Assembly (NCBI RefSeq): GCF_963921235.1
Contig: NC_086097.1
Span: 173,292,001-173,356,000 of the forward strand
Direction: 5' to 3'
Source of the DNA: Mobula hypostoma
Lineage: Eukaryota
DNA: 64,000 nucleotides
This document shows positions 1-12,250 of the stretch, one piece after another. Both the position numbers and the translations under genes were made by a program. The notes beneath the pieces were generated by a model that saw only the letters and a list, made by a program, of their open reading frames with translations, did no database searches and was not told the DNA's origin. The stretch's first letter is position 1, and every line of letters starts with the position of its first letter.

Positions 1-1419
1 ACGCACTTTTCCACTGTCACACTTGATTGGTCCTATTCCCTTGATGTTTACATGATGAATGTATGTGTTCAACATATTAAGTGACTTTAGAGCTGGACAA
101 AGTCCATTTCCACAGATACAAATGCTCTCAAGATCAGACGTGTATTACTGGGAGTGTTGGTAAATATAAAGTGTTCTTCCTAATACTGCTGGGAGCCTCT
201 ATCATGACACCAGAGTGTTCTGTTTGCCACAGGATGGATTGCAGTTGACCTGTTGGCCAATATTAAGATATCAATAGCTGGTGTGCAGTGAAAGTCAGGA
301 GTAAGGGTAGGTTCATGACCAGAGCCATGGTCCAGAGTGCTTGTATATTTTATCTCACTTTATAAGCTGAGATTCCCACAGAAGTTGTCACATCTGTAGA
401 AAGGCTACCACTGTACATTGCTCTGTTCTTAGTGAAAATGAATTGGAATATTGAGAGTTAGGAGAAATGGACAGAAAATGAAGGAAGTAAGGAAAATCAG
501 TTTTGAGGATCAAAACCTCTGGTGAGAGGCAAGAGGAGTGGGGTGGGAAGTGGGGAGTGGGGGTTGCATCCTGGAACAAATGTGTCTGATGAGAATTAAT
601 TTAAAACTAAATAAAGCAAAAAAAGAACTTTCCAATGCTACAACAATAACAGAATAGTCTTCACTCATTATGCTGAAAAAAAATTAAGCCAAAGTGTTTC
701 TGGTACAAAACATCTTCTAAAGTGTCATATTTTTGGCATCCTTATTTATTCAGCAGATCATTTTTTTGCATTAGGAATTTTGAGGTTGAGGAAGCATTTG
801 TGATCTTTATGAATGATAGGGCTTGTAGTTCTTCTCCTTAGACACTGGGTTTTAAGTACTGGAAAAGATAATGGAGAAGGAAACTGATAGTATTGGAATC
901 AGAGATTCAGAAAGGGAAATAAAAGAGAAGAAAGGATGAGTAAAAAAAACTAAAAAGGTAAAGGAAAGAAAATAACTATTTATATCTTAAATACTAAAAA
1001 AATCTCAAGTACATCTTGCAGAATGAAACAGCGCAGGTTTACATGTCTAATTTATTGTATTTTGACCTAACTTCTTACAATATGTTTAATTTGAATGTAA
1101 TATGCTAATTTTTTGTAATTTACAAGGTGATAAAGGGCAAAATGATAGTTTTACAAGACTAGAAGTGAACCAGGCAAAATCAGCCAATAGCTTGCTATTT
1201 GTAAAATGTTACTTCCTCTCCAAAAGATTATTTAAAAGCTGATAATTATGTGTATATCAAATTCAACATTAATCTGGCACAATTTGCTTTACTACAATCC
1301 ACCTGTCACATCCTTAATCTAGATGCTGCATCCAAAAGAATCATAACTACTAAACTGGATTACCAGCTTTGATGACTCTGGCATGAGACTGAGATAGGGA
1401 AACAGTAATTTGATTAGAT

Positions 1420-2620
1420 AAAACCAGTGCCGAACAAGGCTGTGTCTTTTACCTACCATTCTTCACAATCTTTCTCACCATAACATTGCACCTCACTCAC
1501 TTCCAACAAAATACCCATGGGTGTGGTGCTAACCTTTAGAACAAATAGGGAAATTTGAGACTCCAGTGAAGAACAAAGGTCACCAAACATCAATAGTCAA
1601 ACTGCAGTACACAGACAACACCACTATTTGCACGTCCTTGGAAAATGGGCAAGTTCCAAGCTCATTCACAAAAGCATTTGAAAGAATGAACCTTACATTC
1701 AATAAAAGAATTGGAATTGTTTGATAATTGTCACACATACCAAAGTACAGTGAAAAGCTTTTCCTGACTAATTTGTTACATAGTGTATTGAGGTAGCATT
1801 TGGAATATTTCCAAAACCAAGGTCTTCCACCATTCTGACACCACTGCATCACATAGACTTCGAACAAAAAATGAGTCAGAGTGAGACCATGGAAAACATG
1901 AGCCACTTGCCACATGTCAATAACCACCTCTTGCTAACAGCAGATATCTATGCCAAAATTCACCTCCACCTTCAAAATACCATCATAGTCTTCGGTCAAC
2001 TGAGAAAAAGGATATTTGAAAATAATGTTCTTAGATCTGGGACAAATCTCACAACTAACCAGGTGGCAGTGGCTTCTGTCTTGTATGCTTCAAATACTAG
2101 AAGAGCAGGCATCTTAAGACATAGTAAAGGTACTACAACACCATCTCTGCAAAATCCTCTATGAATATGTAAACCAATGATAATGCCCTCTTGTCAGCTA
2201 ATATCCTTAGCACTGAGTCCCTATGTATTCTCAGTCAGCTATAATGAAAAGGCCACAGTACTCTAAAGCCCAACACCAGATTCCTAAAATGGACGAGCTC
2301 TGTTGTAAGATAATGAGAGGTTTGCACAAAGCCTCCTTGAAGAAGCTCAACATTTCCACTGGCTTTGAGTGCTCAAAGTGGGAAAATATCATCCAAGGTG
2401 GCACTGAGAACCTCAAGGACCTGCATCAGGAGCACAAGCAACACAGTGTAAGTTGCAGAAGTGGGTGCATCACCTCGCTAACTACCCACCTGCCACTCCC
2501 ATCAAATTCCTCCTGTTCCATGTGTGGAAGAATCTGAAGTTCTCACTTTGGCCTCAGAACCACCCCAGATCCAATTAAAATCAGAGTGGAAGCAAGTTTC
2601 TTTTGATTCTGAGGAGGTGC
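1420..2620 (+). mobile_element. Decayed RTE-clade LINE, 3' part
   Basis: Remnants include a QGCV..PT.F-like RT motif near 1435, LQYTDN (YADD-like) near 1602, FGQLRKRIFE, KASLKKLNI and a C-terminal CSMCGRI zinc knuckle; frameshifted. Confidence 0.65.
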
Positions 2621-3740
2621 TTAGTAGAATTGTGTATACTGAGAAACCAACTGTCTAATGTTTGATTTTACCAAAGCTCTGTGAAGTAACTTAAGTGAAC
2701 TACTCAATGCTGAAACTGAGCCAAATCCTCTTAATTCATAAAGTACGGTTAAGGCTTAACATTCAGAGGACTGAAAGTCCAAACTTATATAAAAATGAAC
2801 TACTCAGTGTACAGGGTGATGCTGCATTCTAACATAGGGACATGTTCAATGGCAACATGATAAACATTATCAGGGAGAGAATCAAGTGATTAGTGAGTTG
2901 AAAAGAGGCAGTTTTCCATGTTGTAAACAAAAAACTGAAGTGATTTTTATGATATGAAATGCACATATTAAAAATAAAAACAGTTTAATTATATTAGCAG
3001 TGCATCCAACAGTAAACGATTGAGAATTATAAAATGGCTCATTTGGGTTATACTGATCAAACTGAACTAAATTCAAATCTCCTTTTCAGACCAATTTGCA
3101 ACAAGAAAAACAATGTATTCCACCTAACAGGCAAATAGTTTTAAAGAAAATACCATTAAATGCCTTTTGTGGCGGTAAGCAAGATCCCATACATCTGTCC
3201 ACAGACTTAATTTTTTTCGTAACAGAATAAAAATGAATGTCAGGCTTGGCAGAAAATTCCATCACTATATGTAATGCATTTGATTAATTTAATCGAATTC
3301 CAGGAACTTATGTCCACATTATTTAAAACCTAAATCTCTTTAATGTTACAATGCTGATCTATAAACATATTGTGCAAAGTTATTACAAACCTTTGAACAA
3401 GCAGCTCCAGTGGACATTTTCAAAGCTACTACATGTTAATTCTGCTACATAATACATTTCAAAATGGCACATCTGTAATTCATTTTACTCCATCAGCTTT
3501 AAGATGCACTTTAGACTGCAGTTACTATTTTTTTTTGGAAAAGTCTAAATTACAAAAAACTTGAGAGCACATCAAAGCAGTAAACTAATCTTTCTCCCCG
3601 ATCTTGGTCACCAAGCTCAAAAGAGACTTAAGATGTTTAATGGAATAAGGATTCTCCTATAAAGTACAAGGCAAATTAACTTAAAGCCAGTCATTTCTTA
3701 TTTTCCTCACAATAAATCAATTAGCTGCCCTAACACCAAC

Positions 3741-3961
3741 CTGTGGGTTTGAGCATTTCACTTCCAGGGACTCCAGGTCCACATGCAGGCAGACGACAAA
3801 AGAATGTCTCGTCTCAGAGCTGCAGGCTTGCATCTTGTGCGAAGTGACGGCCAGAGTCGAAGTGCAGCCCAAGGGTTCCACCAGGTTACAAGACTTCAAC
3901 TTGCCAAGTAGAGTGTACACACTGAATTGGCTGAGACTGATGGTCCAGGGAAAAGCATCGC
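3741..3961 (-). CDS. VPS13B: VPS13B next internal coding exon (221 bp, phase 1 to 0)
   Basis: Translates (G)DAFPWTISLSQFSVYTLLGKLKSCNLVEPLGCTSTLAVTSHKMQACSSETRHSFVVCLHVDLESLEVKCSNPQ, the direct continuation of the previous exon in recalled human VPS13B. Acceptor cacttcttag| before 3961; donor |gttggt after 3741. The split codon G|GC keeps the frame. Confidence 0.95.
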
Positions 3962-5189
3962 CTAAGAAGTGACAAGGAACAAAATATTGACCTTTTAAAT
4001 AACCATTTTAGAGAAGATCCCTCCAGGCCCACTGCCACCCAACCCCCACCTATGGATTATTTACACAATAATGAATAGGAGAATCATCCTAAATTCAGTT
4101 ATCAGCATCATCTAGTGAATCTTCTCGACAACTTTCCAACAAAAGGAAACCATCCATTATTCCAAGGTGTACCCATTTAATTGCTGAGTCCTCTCAATGA
4201 GCTTCTACTTTCCTAAGATGTGGATGTGTTGTTTCCATATTAAATATGAAACACTCTTCATCTTTTAAAATTTGCTCAAGGTGTTGTGTTGGTAATGTCT
4301 TAGCAATGCAGCAGTGAACTAGATGTTGCTGGAGATACATGGCATGTTTTGCAGGCTGCTCACAAGACTACTAGATATTCTACCTGATATACTTCTGAAC
4401 TATAATAGCTGCAATCCACCACGTAATTTCCATTTAAGAAATGCACATTTGAACTGTCTAAACAATTTTACGACCTCCTGAGGGATATAACGAACTTGAC
4501 TCTCAGGAATGCATCTATGGCACCTTAAAGGTTGGCCATTGCTGGGGTGAACTTCAAGCCAGATTAAGCAATGAAGGCCCAAGAATGGAAAACAAACCTG
4601 TGTCCAGCACCACTACTTCGTGCCAACCAAGATCCCCCACCTGAGCCATCCCATCTCCCTCTCTTCTTGTAATGGGGGGAAAGGAGGAAAGATTACAAGC
4701 ATTTATATTACCTCAAAACAGACCAAAACTGCAGCATGATTCACAGCTGCAATATTGGAAAATTCTGCTATTTGTAGATAATTATTTAATTAAGGATGAA
4801 TGAATTACAAAAGAGCATGCCTGATTTCACCAAGTGCTGTAAAGCTTCTATGTTCTTAGTGGCAAAGTGCAATATATTTTAGATAGTATGCATAATAATA
4901 AATAAAATGACAAATGAGGATTAGATGGATTTGATTATATTTGAATGTGGTATTAACAGAAATTTTCTTATTTGGTGAAGTTGAATTATGACAATGAAAG
5001 GAAGAAAATAGCAACGACAAAGGACCAACAGCGAAACACATTTAACATGCCAAACTATCTCACAGAATTTTAGCGAAAGAGAAATGGCTTGCAAAGCAAA
5101 TCTGAAAATATTCAGAAAGGTGTCCAAAGCCTGAGTGTAAAGAAATACCAAGTTTGGTTGGCCACAATAATCACCATCAGCACAGGTGC

Positions 5190-5450
5190 ACCACAAGGCT
5201 GTGTGCTTAGTCCCCTGGTCTACTCACATTACACTTAAGACTCTGAGGCTAAGCACAACTCCAATGCCATATTTAAGTTTGCCAATGACACCACTGCCAT
5301 TGGCTGAATCAAAAGTGGTGATGAATCAGCATACAGGAGGGAGATAAAAAATCTAGCTGAGTGAAGTCATAGCAACAACCTCTCACTCAATGTCAGCAAA
5401 GAAATGATGATTGACAATAGGATGAGGAAACCAGAGGACCATGAGCCACT
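5190..5450 (+). mobile_element. Rex/Babar-type LINE RT fragment
   Basis: TGAPQGCVLSPL, KFANDTT and NNLSLNVSK motifs. Confidence 0.7.
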
Positions 5451-5814
5451 CCCAGATGCTGCCGAACCTGCTGAGTTCCTTCAGCTCCTTTGTAAGCTGC
5501 AGCTGCAGTCTTTTTGTGGCATTATTAATGACATTCCTTTCATCTCCTGGTCAGAGTGGGGATGTTCCTTGACAATGCAGAACAGTCAATTCTGCCACAA
5601 CTCTTCTGTCAGTGAAGCAACCTGCACTACATAAAGCAAAACCTACACTGATTCTCTCATATCTTAAAAACCCAAAGCTTTCCCTCTATCTACAAGGCAC
5701 AGTTAAGGAGCATGATGTAATACTCGAACAGCACTTATGCTCAAACTCCAGGTCAAAGAAACCTGTTTGACTGATGTCGATGCCTCATCCAACAGCATAA
5801 GCATTCTCCACTAC

Positions 5815-7815
5815 TCAAAGTTCAAAGTACATTTATTATCAAAGGACATACTGCATATGTCAGCATATAAAAACCTGAGTCTCATTTCCTTGCAGTCATC
5901 CTCACTAAATCCATAACAGACTAATAATCATAACAGAATCAATGAAAGACCGCACCAAACTCGGCGTTCAACCAGTGTGCAAAAGACAACAAATTACATA
6001 AATACAAAAAGAAACAAATAATAATAATAATAAAAAATAAGAAATAAGTATCAAGAAAATGTGATGAAGAGACCTTGAAACTGAGTCCATAGGTTGTGAG
6101 AACATTTCAATGATGGGGTAAGTGAAGTTACCCCCTTTAGTTCAAGAGCTTGATGGTTGAGGGGTAATAACTGCTTCAGAACCTGGTGGTGTGAGTCGCG
6201 AGACTCTTATGTCTTTTTCCTGATGGCAGCAATGAGAAGAGAGTATAGCCTGGGTGATAAGGGACCCTGATAATGGATGCTGTTTTCCTGTGATAGCATA
6301 TCTTGGAGATGTACTCAATGGTGTGGAGAGCTTTACCTGCAGTATGATGGACTGGGCTGTATCCACTACTTTTTTGCAGGATTTTTGATTCAAGGGTATT
6401 GGTGTTTACATACTAGGCAGCCAAGCACCCAGTCAATATACTGTCCACCACACATCTATAGAAGTTTGTTAAAGTTTTAGATGGCAAGCTGAAACTTCAC
6501 AAGCCCCTAAGGAAATAGAAGCGCTGCCATGCTTTCTTCGTAATTGCACTTAAATGCTGGGTCCAGAGCAGGTCCTCCAAAATAATAACACTGATGAATT
6601 TAAAGTTGCTGACACTCTCCACTCTGATCCGCCAATGAGGTCTGGCTCATGGACCTCTGGTTTCCTTTTCTTAAGTAAATAATCAGCTCCTTGGTTTTAC
6701 TGACACTGAGTAAGAGATTGCTGTTGTGGCACCACTAAGCCAAATTTTCAATCTCCCTCCTATATGCTGATTCATTACTGCCTTTGATTCAGTCTACGAC
6801 AGTGGTGTCCATCAGGGAACTTGAATAGGATATTGGAGCTGTGTTGAGCTACACAGTCATAAGTGTAAAGTGAGTACAGCAGGGGACAAAGCACACAGCC
6901 TTGTAGTGCACCTGTGCTGATGGAGATCATTGAGGAGATGCTTTTGCCAATCCAAACTAATTGGGCTTTGCAAATGAGGAAATCAGGGATACAATTGCAT
7001 AAGGAGTACTTGAGGCCAAGGTCCTAGAACTTATTGATTAGTTTTTAGAGATTAATGGTATTGAAAACTGAGCTGTAGTCAATAAGCAGCATCTTGATGT
7101 ATGCATCTTTGCTGTCCAGGTGTTCCAGGGTTGAGTGAAGAGCCAATGAGATGGCATCTGCTGTGGACCTGTTGCTTCAGTCGGCAGATTGAAGCAGATC
7201 TAAGTCCCTTCTCAGGCTGGAGTTGTTATGCTCCATTACCAACAGCTCAAAACACTTCATCATTGCGAATGTAAGTAATTCTGCACATTGAGTCAGGTTA
7301 CCACGTTCTTCATAGGCACCCATATAATTGAAACCTGCATAAAGCAGGTGTGCACCTCAGGCTACTGAAGCAAGAGGTTAAAAATCTCAGTGAACACTCT
7401 GGCCAGTTCATCAGCACAGGCCTTTAGTACTTGGCCAAGTATCTCGTCTGGGCAGGATGCTTTTTGTGGGTTCACCCTCTTGAAGGCTGCTTGTACGTTA
7501 AACTTAGTCTGAAATCACAGGATCAGCCAGGGCTGTGGGAGTTCATGATGGTTCCTCCATGTTTTGATGGTCAGACAACACATAGAAGGCATTGAGTTCA
7601 TCTGGATGCAAAGCTCTGTTGTCACCTAAGTCACTTGATTTAACTTTTTAAGAGGTGATGGTATTCAAGCCCTGTCACAACAGTCGAATTGCCACTTCGC
7701 CCATGAGATGGCTTTCTGGAGATCGTACCCTGGACCTCTTATAACTTTCTTGGTCACCAAACTTGAATGCCTCTGATCTGGCAGATAGCGGATTTCAAGG
7801 TACATCCAGGCTTCT
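5815..7815 (-). mobile_element. Rex/Babar-type LINE, 5'-truncated and decayed
   Basis: Minus-strand RT motifs; tail seen as caaagttcaaagt at the left end; similar to 59886-61341. Confidence 0.75.
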
Positions 7816-8199
7816 GATATCTGTATCATATACAAAACGAACTACAGTTATTCACCTATGTTATAATGATAGTGTGATCTGAAGATACGTTTACCATCAA
7901 CAAGGACATAGGCATTCTTCTTCCATAAAGCCTATTATTCTGACTTGGAAAAATATCATCACCTTTGATCATCACTGGATCTAATTCCCAGAACTCCTAA
8001 CCCAACAAAAAAATGTTCCTATTCAATCTTTCCCTTCTCATGTTAAACCTCTGCCCTCTAGATCTTGATTACCCAAGCCTGGGAAAAAAGACTGAGAGCA
8101 ATCACCCTATGTTCCTCATGATTTTACACACCTCTATAAAATCAAAGTTTAAAGCTCAAAGGAAATTTATTATTAAGTATGTATATGTTACCTTGTAAA

Positions 8200-8950
8200 G
8201 TGACACTTTGGGAGGTCGAAATTGAAGGCAGAGTAATGGGTTAATGGCAAGATTCTTAGCAGTGTGGAGGAACAGAAGGATCTTGGGGTCCACATCCATA
8301 GATCTTTCAGCACTGCTGAGCAAATTGATAAGCTGGTTAAGATGTATGGTGTGTTGGCCTTCATTAGTCAAGGATTGATTTCAAGAGCCACAAACTAAAG
8401 TTACAGCTCTATAAAACTCTGGTGAGACCACACTTGGAGTAGCATGTTTAATTCTGGTCCCCTCATTATAGGAAGGATGTAGAAGTTTTAGAGAGGGTGC
8501 AAAAGGGATTTACCAGGATGCTGCTTTGATTAGAGAGCATATCTTAAAAAGAAATGTTGAGCAATCTAGGGCTTTACTTTTTGGAGTGCAGAAGGATCAG
8601 AGGTAACTTGATAGAGGTGTACAAGTTGATAAAAGGCATAGAGAGAATGGACAGCCAGAAACTTTTTCACAGGACAGATTTGTCTAATACAAGAGGGCAT
8701 AATATTAAGGTGATTGGAGAAAAGTATGGGGGGGAGGTGTCATCAAAGGTAGTTTTTTTTTACACAGAGTTGTGGGTATGTGGTGCAGATACATTAGGGA
8801 CATTTAAGAGACTTTTAGATAGGTACATGGATAAAGGAAAAATGGTGAGTTAAATGGCAGGAAGAGTTAGATTCATCTTGGAGTAGGTTAAAAGATCGAC
8901 ACAATGTTACGGACTGAAGGGCTTGTACTTTGCAATACTGATTTATGTTC
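8200..8950 (+). mobile_element. CR1 LINE 3' fragment
   Basis: LVRPHLEY..FWSP-like stretch and ORF 8554-8853 (RRIRGNLIEVYK..TRGHN..FKRLLD), typical of the CR1 ORF2 C-terminus. Confidence 0.85.
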
Positions 8951-10259
8951 TATAAATGTCCATTTCGGTTCATAGATATTGCTAGATCGACCTGAGTTCT
9001 TGCAGTGTTCTATGTGCTGCTCTTTCATTAGGATGGGCCAGACTAATAAACCAAAACACTTCTGAGGGTCACTCACATGAATGCTGAAGTTCAGACCTCA
9101 CTGAGAAACCCCTGCCAAGTCTATCCAAAGGCCCCCCAACATCGCAGTCTTCATACATCTAGCCTAGTGACCAAATGCTGTGCTGCACCATGGTTTTAAA
9201 GACACTACTGTTATGTTCACAGCCTTAATATTCCACTGTGAACTTAATAGCCAATTAATGTAGGGTGCCTAAGGGCAAAGTCACATTAATGAAAAGCAAA
9301 CAATGGGACAGCATTAATTAACCCACCAATTCTGTTGATTTACAAGAATCCAACATTGCTTTCAATCCTATCAATTTGCTGATAAATTTGCATATTAATA
9401 CAAGCATGCATTGTTAACACGTTACGAGAAAGATATGTCTGCTCTGTCAGAATATATGTTAATACTTAATACTATCAAGCTTCCTTCAGTGTACTGCCAC
9501 AAATGCTGTTGTTGCTGCAAATCAGGAACGTTCTTCCCTTCTCATTATCATTCAGTTCACTATCAATTAACATGTTCCACAGAAATAGTTAGTGAAAGCA
9601 GTTCATAAAGCTCAAGCAGAATGACTATCACTGCATACACTATATATCAAGGTCAATGTGTTCAACTGTATCAGGTTTTACATAAGAAAATAATACAAAG
9701 TAAAACACGGGAAAGCTGGAATACTGAGTTCATTTCAATGAGAAGGATGTTGGCTGTTACATGTTAGTAACGAGAATGTTCCCTCCGAGCCTTCATTTGT
9801 CCCCATAAAGTAAGTGAACAAACTTCTGAACATAGTAAGAACACTCTTCATATAATGAAAGTTATTGTTCATCTCTCCTCAGGGTAACATCACCAGCTTG
9901 ACTTCCTGACCGAACAATTATAAACACTAAAGGCAGACAGCAATATCTCTCCCATGACTATCGCCAAAACTGGAGCCGAACAAGGGTGCATCTATTCTCT
10001 ATATACTCATTGGTGCACGACCAAATTCTACTCTAACTCCACCTACAAGTTTGCAGACAATACACCATTATGGGCCAAATCTTATGTAACAGTGAGTTGG
10101 AGTACTGGAAGGAAATAGCTGAGTAGCAGCAGCCCTTCCCTCAATGTCAGCAAATCCTATGAGCCAGTCATTGATTTCAGGAAGAGGGACAGAACACACC
10201 CCACTGTTTGCATTGATGGAGCTGACATGGAGATGGTTGACTGGTTCAACCACCCAGAT

Positions 10260-10503
10260 CTGTCCCATGATCCTCTCGTATCCCCTTTTGCCTATCACCT
10301 GTCCAGCTCTCAGCTCTATCCCTCCCCCTCCTGTCTTCTCCTATCATTTTGCATCTCCCCCTCCCCCTCCAGCTTTCAAATCCCTTACTCACTCTTCCTT
10401 CAGTTAGTCCTGACGAAGGGTCTCGGCCTGAAACGTCGACTGCGCCTCTTCCTATAGATGCTGCTTGGCCTGCTGCGTTCACCAGCAACTTTGATGTATG
10501 TTG
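10260..10503 (+). mobile_element. Penelope-like element terminal (pLTR) fragment
   Basis: Nearly identical to 46659-46900, which is attached to a GIY-YIG C-terminal coding remnant. Confidence 0.75.
10406..10441 (+). ncRNA. Minimal type I hammerhead ribozyme motif (Penelope-type)
   Basis: AGTC-CTGACGA-AGGGTCTCGGCCT-GAAA-CGTC-GACT: CUGANGA and GAAA core, stem I AGTC/GACT, palindromic ACGT in place of stem III, GUC cleavage triplet. Confidence 0.7.
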
Positions 10504-11269
10504 TCTAAACATCACTAATAGCTTGTCCTGGTTTAATTACAAAGGTGCCATGGCCAAGGAAGTGTACCAGCATCTTAACTTACTCAGAATGTGAAGAATA
10601 TCTGGCATATCCACTGAGATCCTCAGCATCTTTTATAGGTGCCCCACAGAAAGCATCCTATCCAGATGCATTACAGCTTGGTATAGCAACTGCTCTGCAC
10701 GTGACTGCAAGATGCTACAGAGTCCTGGACACAGCTCAGAACACTGTGAAAAACAGCCTCCCTTCCATGGACTCTGCCGACATTTCTTATTGCCTCATTA
10801 AAGCAACCAACATAATCAAAGTATGTTAACCTGGGCATTCTCCTTGTCCCTCTCCCATCAGGCAGAAGATAGCATGAAAGTACATTCCACTAAGCTCAGG
10901 ATAGCTTTTTATCCGTTATTGAACAGACTTCTTGAGTGATAAAATGGATTCTTGACCTCACAATTTATCATGGTTTTGCACATTATTGTCTGCTGGCACT
11001 GGACATTTCCCAGAACTATAACCCTTTATTCAACATTCTGAAATTGCTTTTCTCTTGTATTACCTTGATGTACTGATGTTGTGAAACAATCTGTATAAAT
11101 TATACGCAAGGCAAGTTTTTCACTGTTCTTCAGTACATGTGATATAAGCTAATTACTGATTTCCAATGACCAATCTCGGAAGGCCTCATTCCATTAGAGT
11201 TAGAGAATCACAAAACAACACAACATAAAAACGAGATTATGCGATCCAGTGAAGGTGCGTTTGATGTTT

Positions 11270-11600
11270 TAAATTTGCTGACAACACCATTATTATTGGC
11301 CAAATTAAAGGTGGTGATGAATTATCATAACAGAGAGATTGGAAATCTGACTGAATGGTGCCACAACAACAACCTCTCACTCAACATCAGAAAAACCAAA
11401 GAACTGATTATTGACTACAAGAGGAGGAAACTGGAGGTGCATGAGCCAGTCCTCATCAGGAGGTCAGAGTTGGAGAAGGTTAGTAACTTTAAATTCCTGA
11501 GCATTAGCATTTCAAAGGCTGTGTTCTAGGTGCAGCACATAAGTGCCATTACAAAAAAGTCATGGCAGTGCCTCTACTTTCTTAGAAGTTTGTGAAGATT
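11270..11600 (+). mobile_element. Rex/Babar-type LINE RT fragment
   Basis: KFADNT and LTEWCHNNNLSLNIRKTKELIIDY..FKFL motifs. Confidence 0.75.
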
Positions 11601-11666
11601 AATTATATTTAGCTTCTAATGCAAGGTGGTAAGCAAAAGGTATTGCTTAATCTCTTACCCACTTGT

Positions 11667-12250
11667 ATAGAAACATAGAAAACCTACAGCACAATACAGG
11701 CCCTTCAGCCCACAATGCTGTGCCAAATATGTACGTACTTTAGAAATTACCTAGGGTTACACATAGCCCTCTACTTTTCTAAGCTCCATGTACCTGTCCA
11801 GGAATCTCTTAAAAGACCCTATCATATCTGCCTCCACCACCGTTGCCAGCAGCTCATTCCAAGCACTCATCACTCTCTGTGTAAAAAACTTACCCGACAT
11901 CACCTCTGTACCTACTTCCAAGCACCTTAAAACTGTGCCCTCTCATGTTAGCCATTTCAGCCCTGGGAAAAAGCCTCTGCCTATCCACATAACCAAAGCC
12001 TCTCATCATCTTATACACCTCTGTCAGGTCATCTCTCATCCTCCTAAACTCCAAGGGGAAAAGGCCAAGTTCACTCAACCTGTTCTCATAAGGCATGCTC
12101 CCCAATTCAGGCAACATCCTTGTAAATATCCTCTGCATCCTTTCTATAGTTTCCACATGTTTCCTATAGTGAGGTGATCAGAACTGAGCACAGTACTCCA
12201 AGTGGGGTCTGACCAGGGTCTTATACAGCTGTAACATTACCTCTCGACTC
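11667..12250 (-). mobile_element. CR1 LINE 3' end
   Basis: ORF 11890-12156 (IERMQRIFTRMLP..RRMRDDLTEVYK..MRGHSFK); tandem tail seen as atagaaacatagaa. Confidence 0.85.

Larger units (their letters stand above)
9960..11160 (+). mobile_element. Rex/Babar-type LINE fragment interrupted by a Penelope insertion
   Basis: KFADNT-like motif near 10045; the downstream part (ORF 10545-10829) resembles the other Rex-like copies. Confidence 0.6.
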
